From: Eledone cirrhosa
Taxonomy: Eukaryota
Direction of reading: 5' to 3'
NCBI GenBank assembly: GCA_964016885.1
Contig: OZ024740.1
Coordinates: 145,700,001-145,764,000 of the forward strand
Length of the DNA: 64,000 nt
The notes under the pieces are model-generated. The model was not told the origin of the DNA, did not search any database, and saw nothing but the letters and a program-made list of their open reading frames with translations. Below are positions 60,755-64,000 of this stretch, in pieces (position 1 is the first letter of the stretch; every line of letters begins with the position of its first letter). Made by a program: the position numbers and the translations under genes.

Positions 60755-61204
60755 TATATATATATATATGGCCTTGCAGCAGAAGAACTGGAGATCTATG
60801 TGTTATAATGGGATCAGGAACTTCAAGTACGGTTGTATTAATATCCATAGACTAGAGGGAGGAAGAGAAAAGCATTATCAAACATAGCAGCAACATTATC
60901 CAGTAATCCTCATCCTTGCACAATCTGTGGACATGCTTGCAAACCCTTGGCAGTCTAAAATATCATGCCTGATATAAACATCCAAACTGAATGAAGTGAA
61001 TAAGTTGTTTGGATCTTCATACATTGAAATCGACAAGAGATTCCATCCATATATATACATACAGAAAACGTATACACACACACATATATGTTAACATACA
61101 TGCACAAACATTAAACTTAATATAACACTTAAAATGATATTTAATATAAATGACACAATTATCTATATCTATTTTTGTATGTATGTACATTTATCAAGCT
61201 ATCT

Positions 61205-63747
<2,543 letters not shown>

Positions 63748-63796
63748 ATATATATATATATGTATATATATTTATATGTATATATATATATATGTA

Positions 63797-64000
63797 TAAA
63801 AGCACCCAGCCCACACTGTAAAGTGGACGTGCAGGCACCATGGAATAAGGCACCCAGCACTCACTGTAAATGAGGTTGGTGTACGGAAGGGCATCCAGCT
63901 GTAGAAATCATGCTAGAATCAGTTCCAGTATGAGCAAGACAAGGTCAGCCAACCGGACACTGCCCACAACAGGACAACCATTCTAACCCATGCTAGCGTG
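63797..64000 (+). mobile_element. RTE-C 3' UTR fragment
   Basis: Matches 30135-30335 and runs off the window end. Confidence 0.85.

Overview
AT-rich, repeat-dominated animal DNA. The TE and SINE families suggest a coleoid cephalopod such as Octopus (inference only). No intact host gene is recognisable, and most long ORFs are retrotransposon ORF2 fragments or their antisense shadows. Contents: (i) about 12 copies or fragments of RTE-clade LINEs in at least 3 subfamilies (A, B, C), with a C4HC3 PHD-like finger inside the RT and (GAT)n tails, often flanked by (TA)n; (ii) a nest at 45.9-52.4 kb of Tx1, CRE-like, CR1-like and Dong/R4-like fragments joined at (ATT/TAA)n tracts; (iii) two tRNA-derived SINE families, one ending in the RTE-B terminus and one in a terminus resembling the local Tx1; (iv) two families of TTAA-flanked piggyBac-type MITEs, a Gypsy-like solo LTR with a 4-bp TSD, and a decayed hAT transposase. 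Most notable: a tandemly repeated, covarying pseudoknot-plus-hairpin RNA module in RTE 3' UTRs and in a SINE, the PHD-in-RT architecture, and an apparent Tx1/SINE pair that inserts at (ATT)n.
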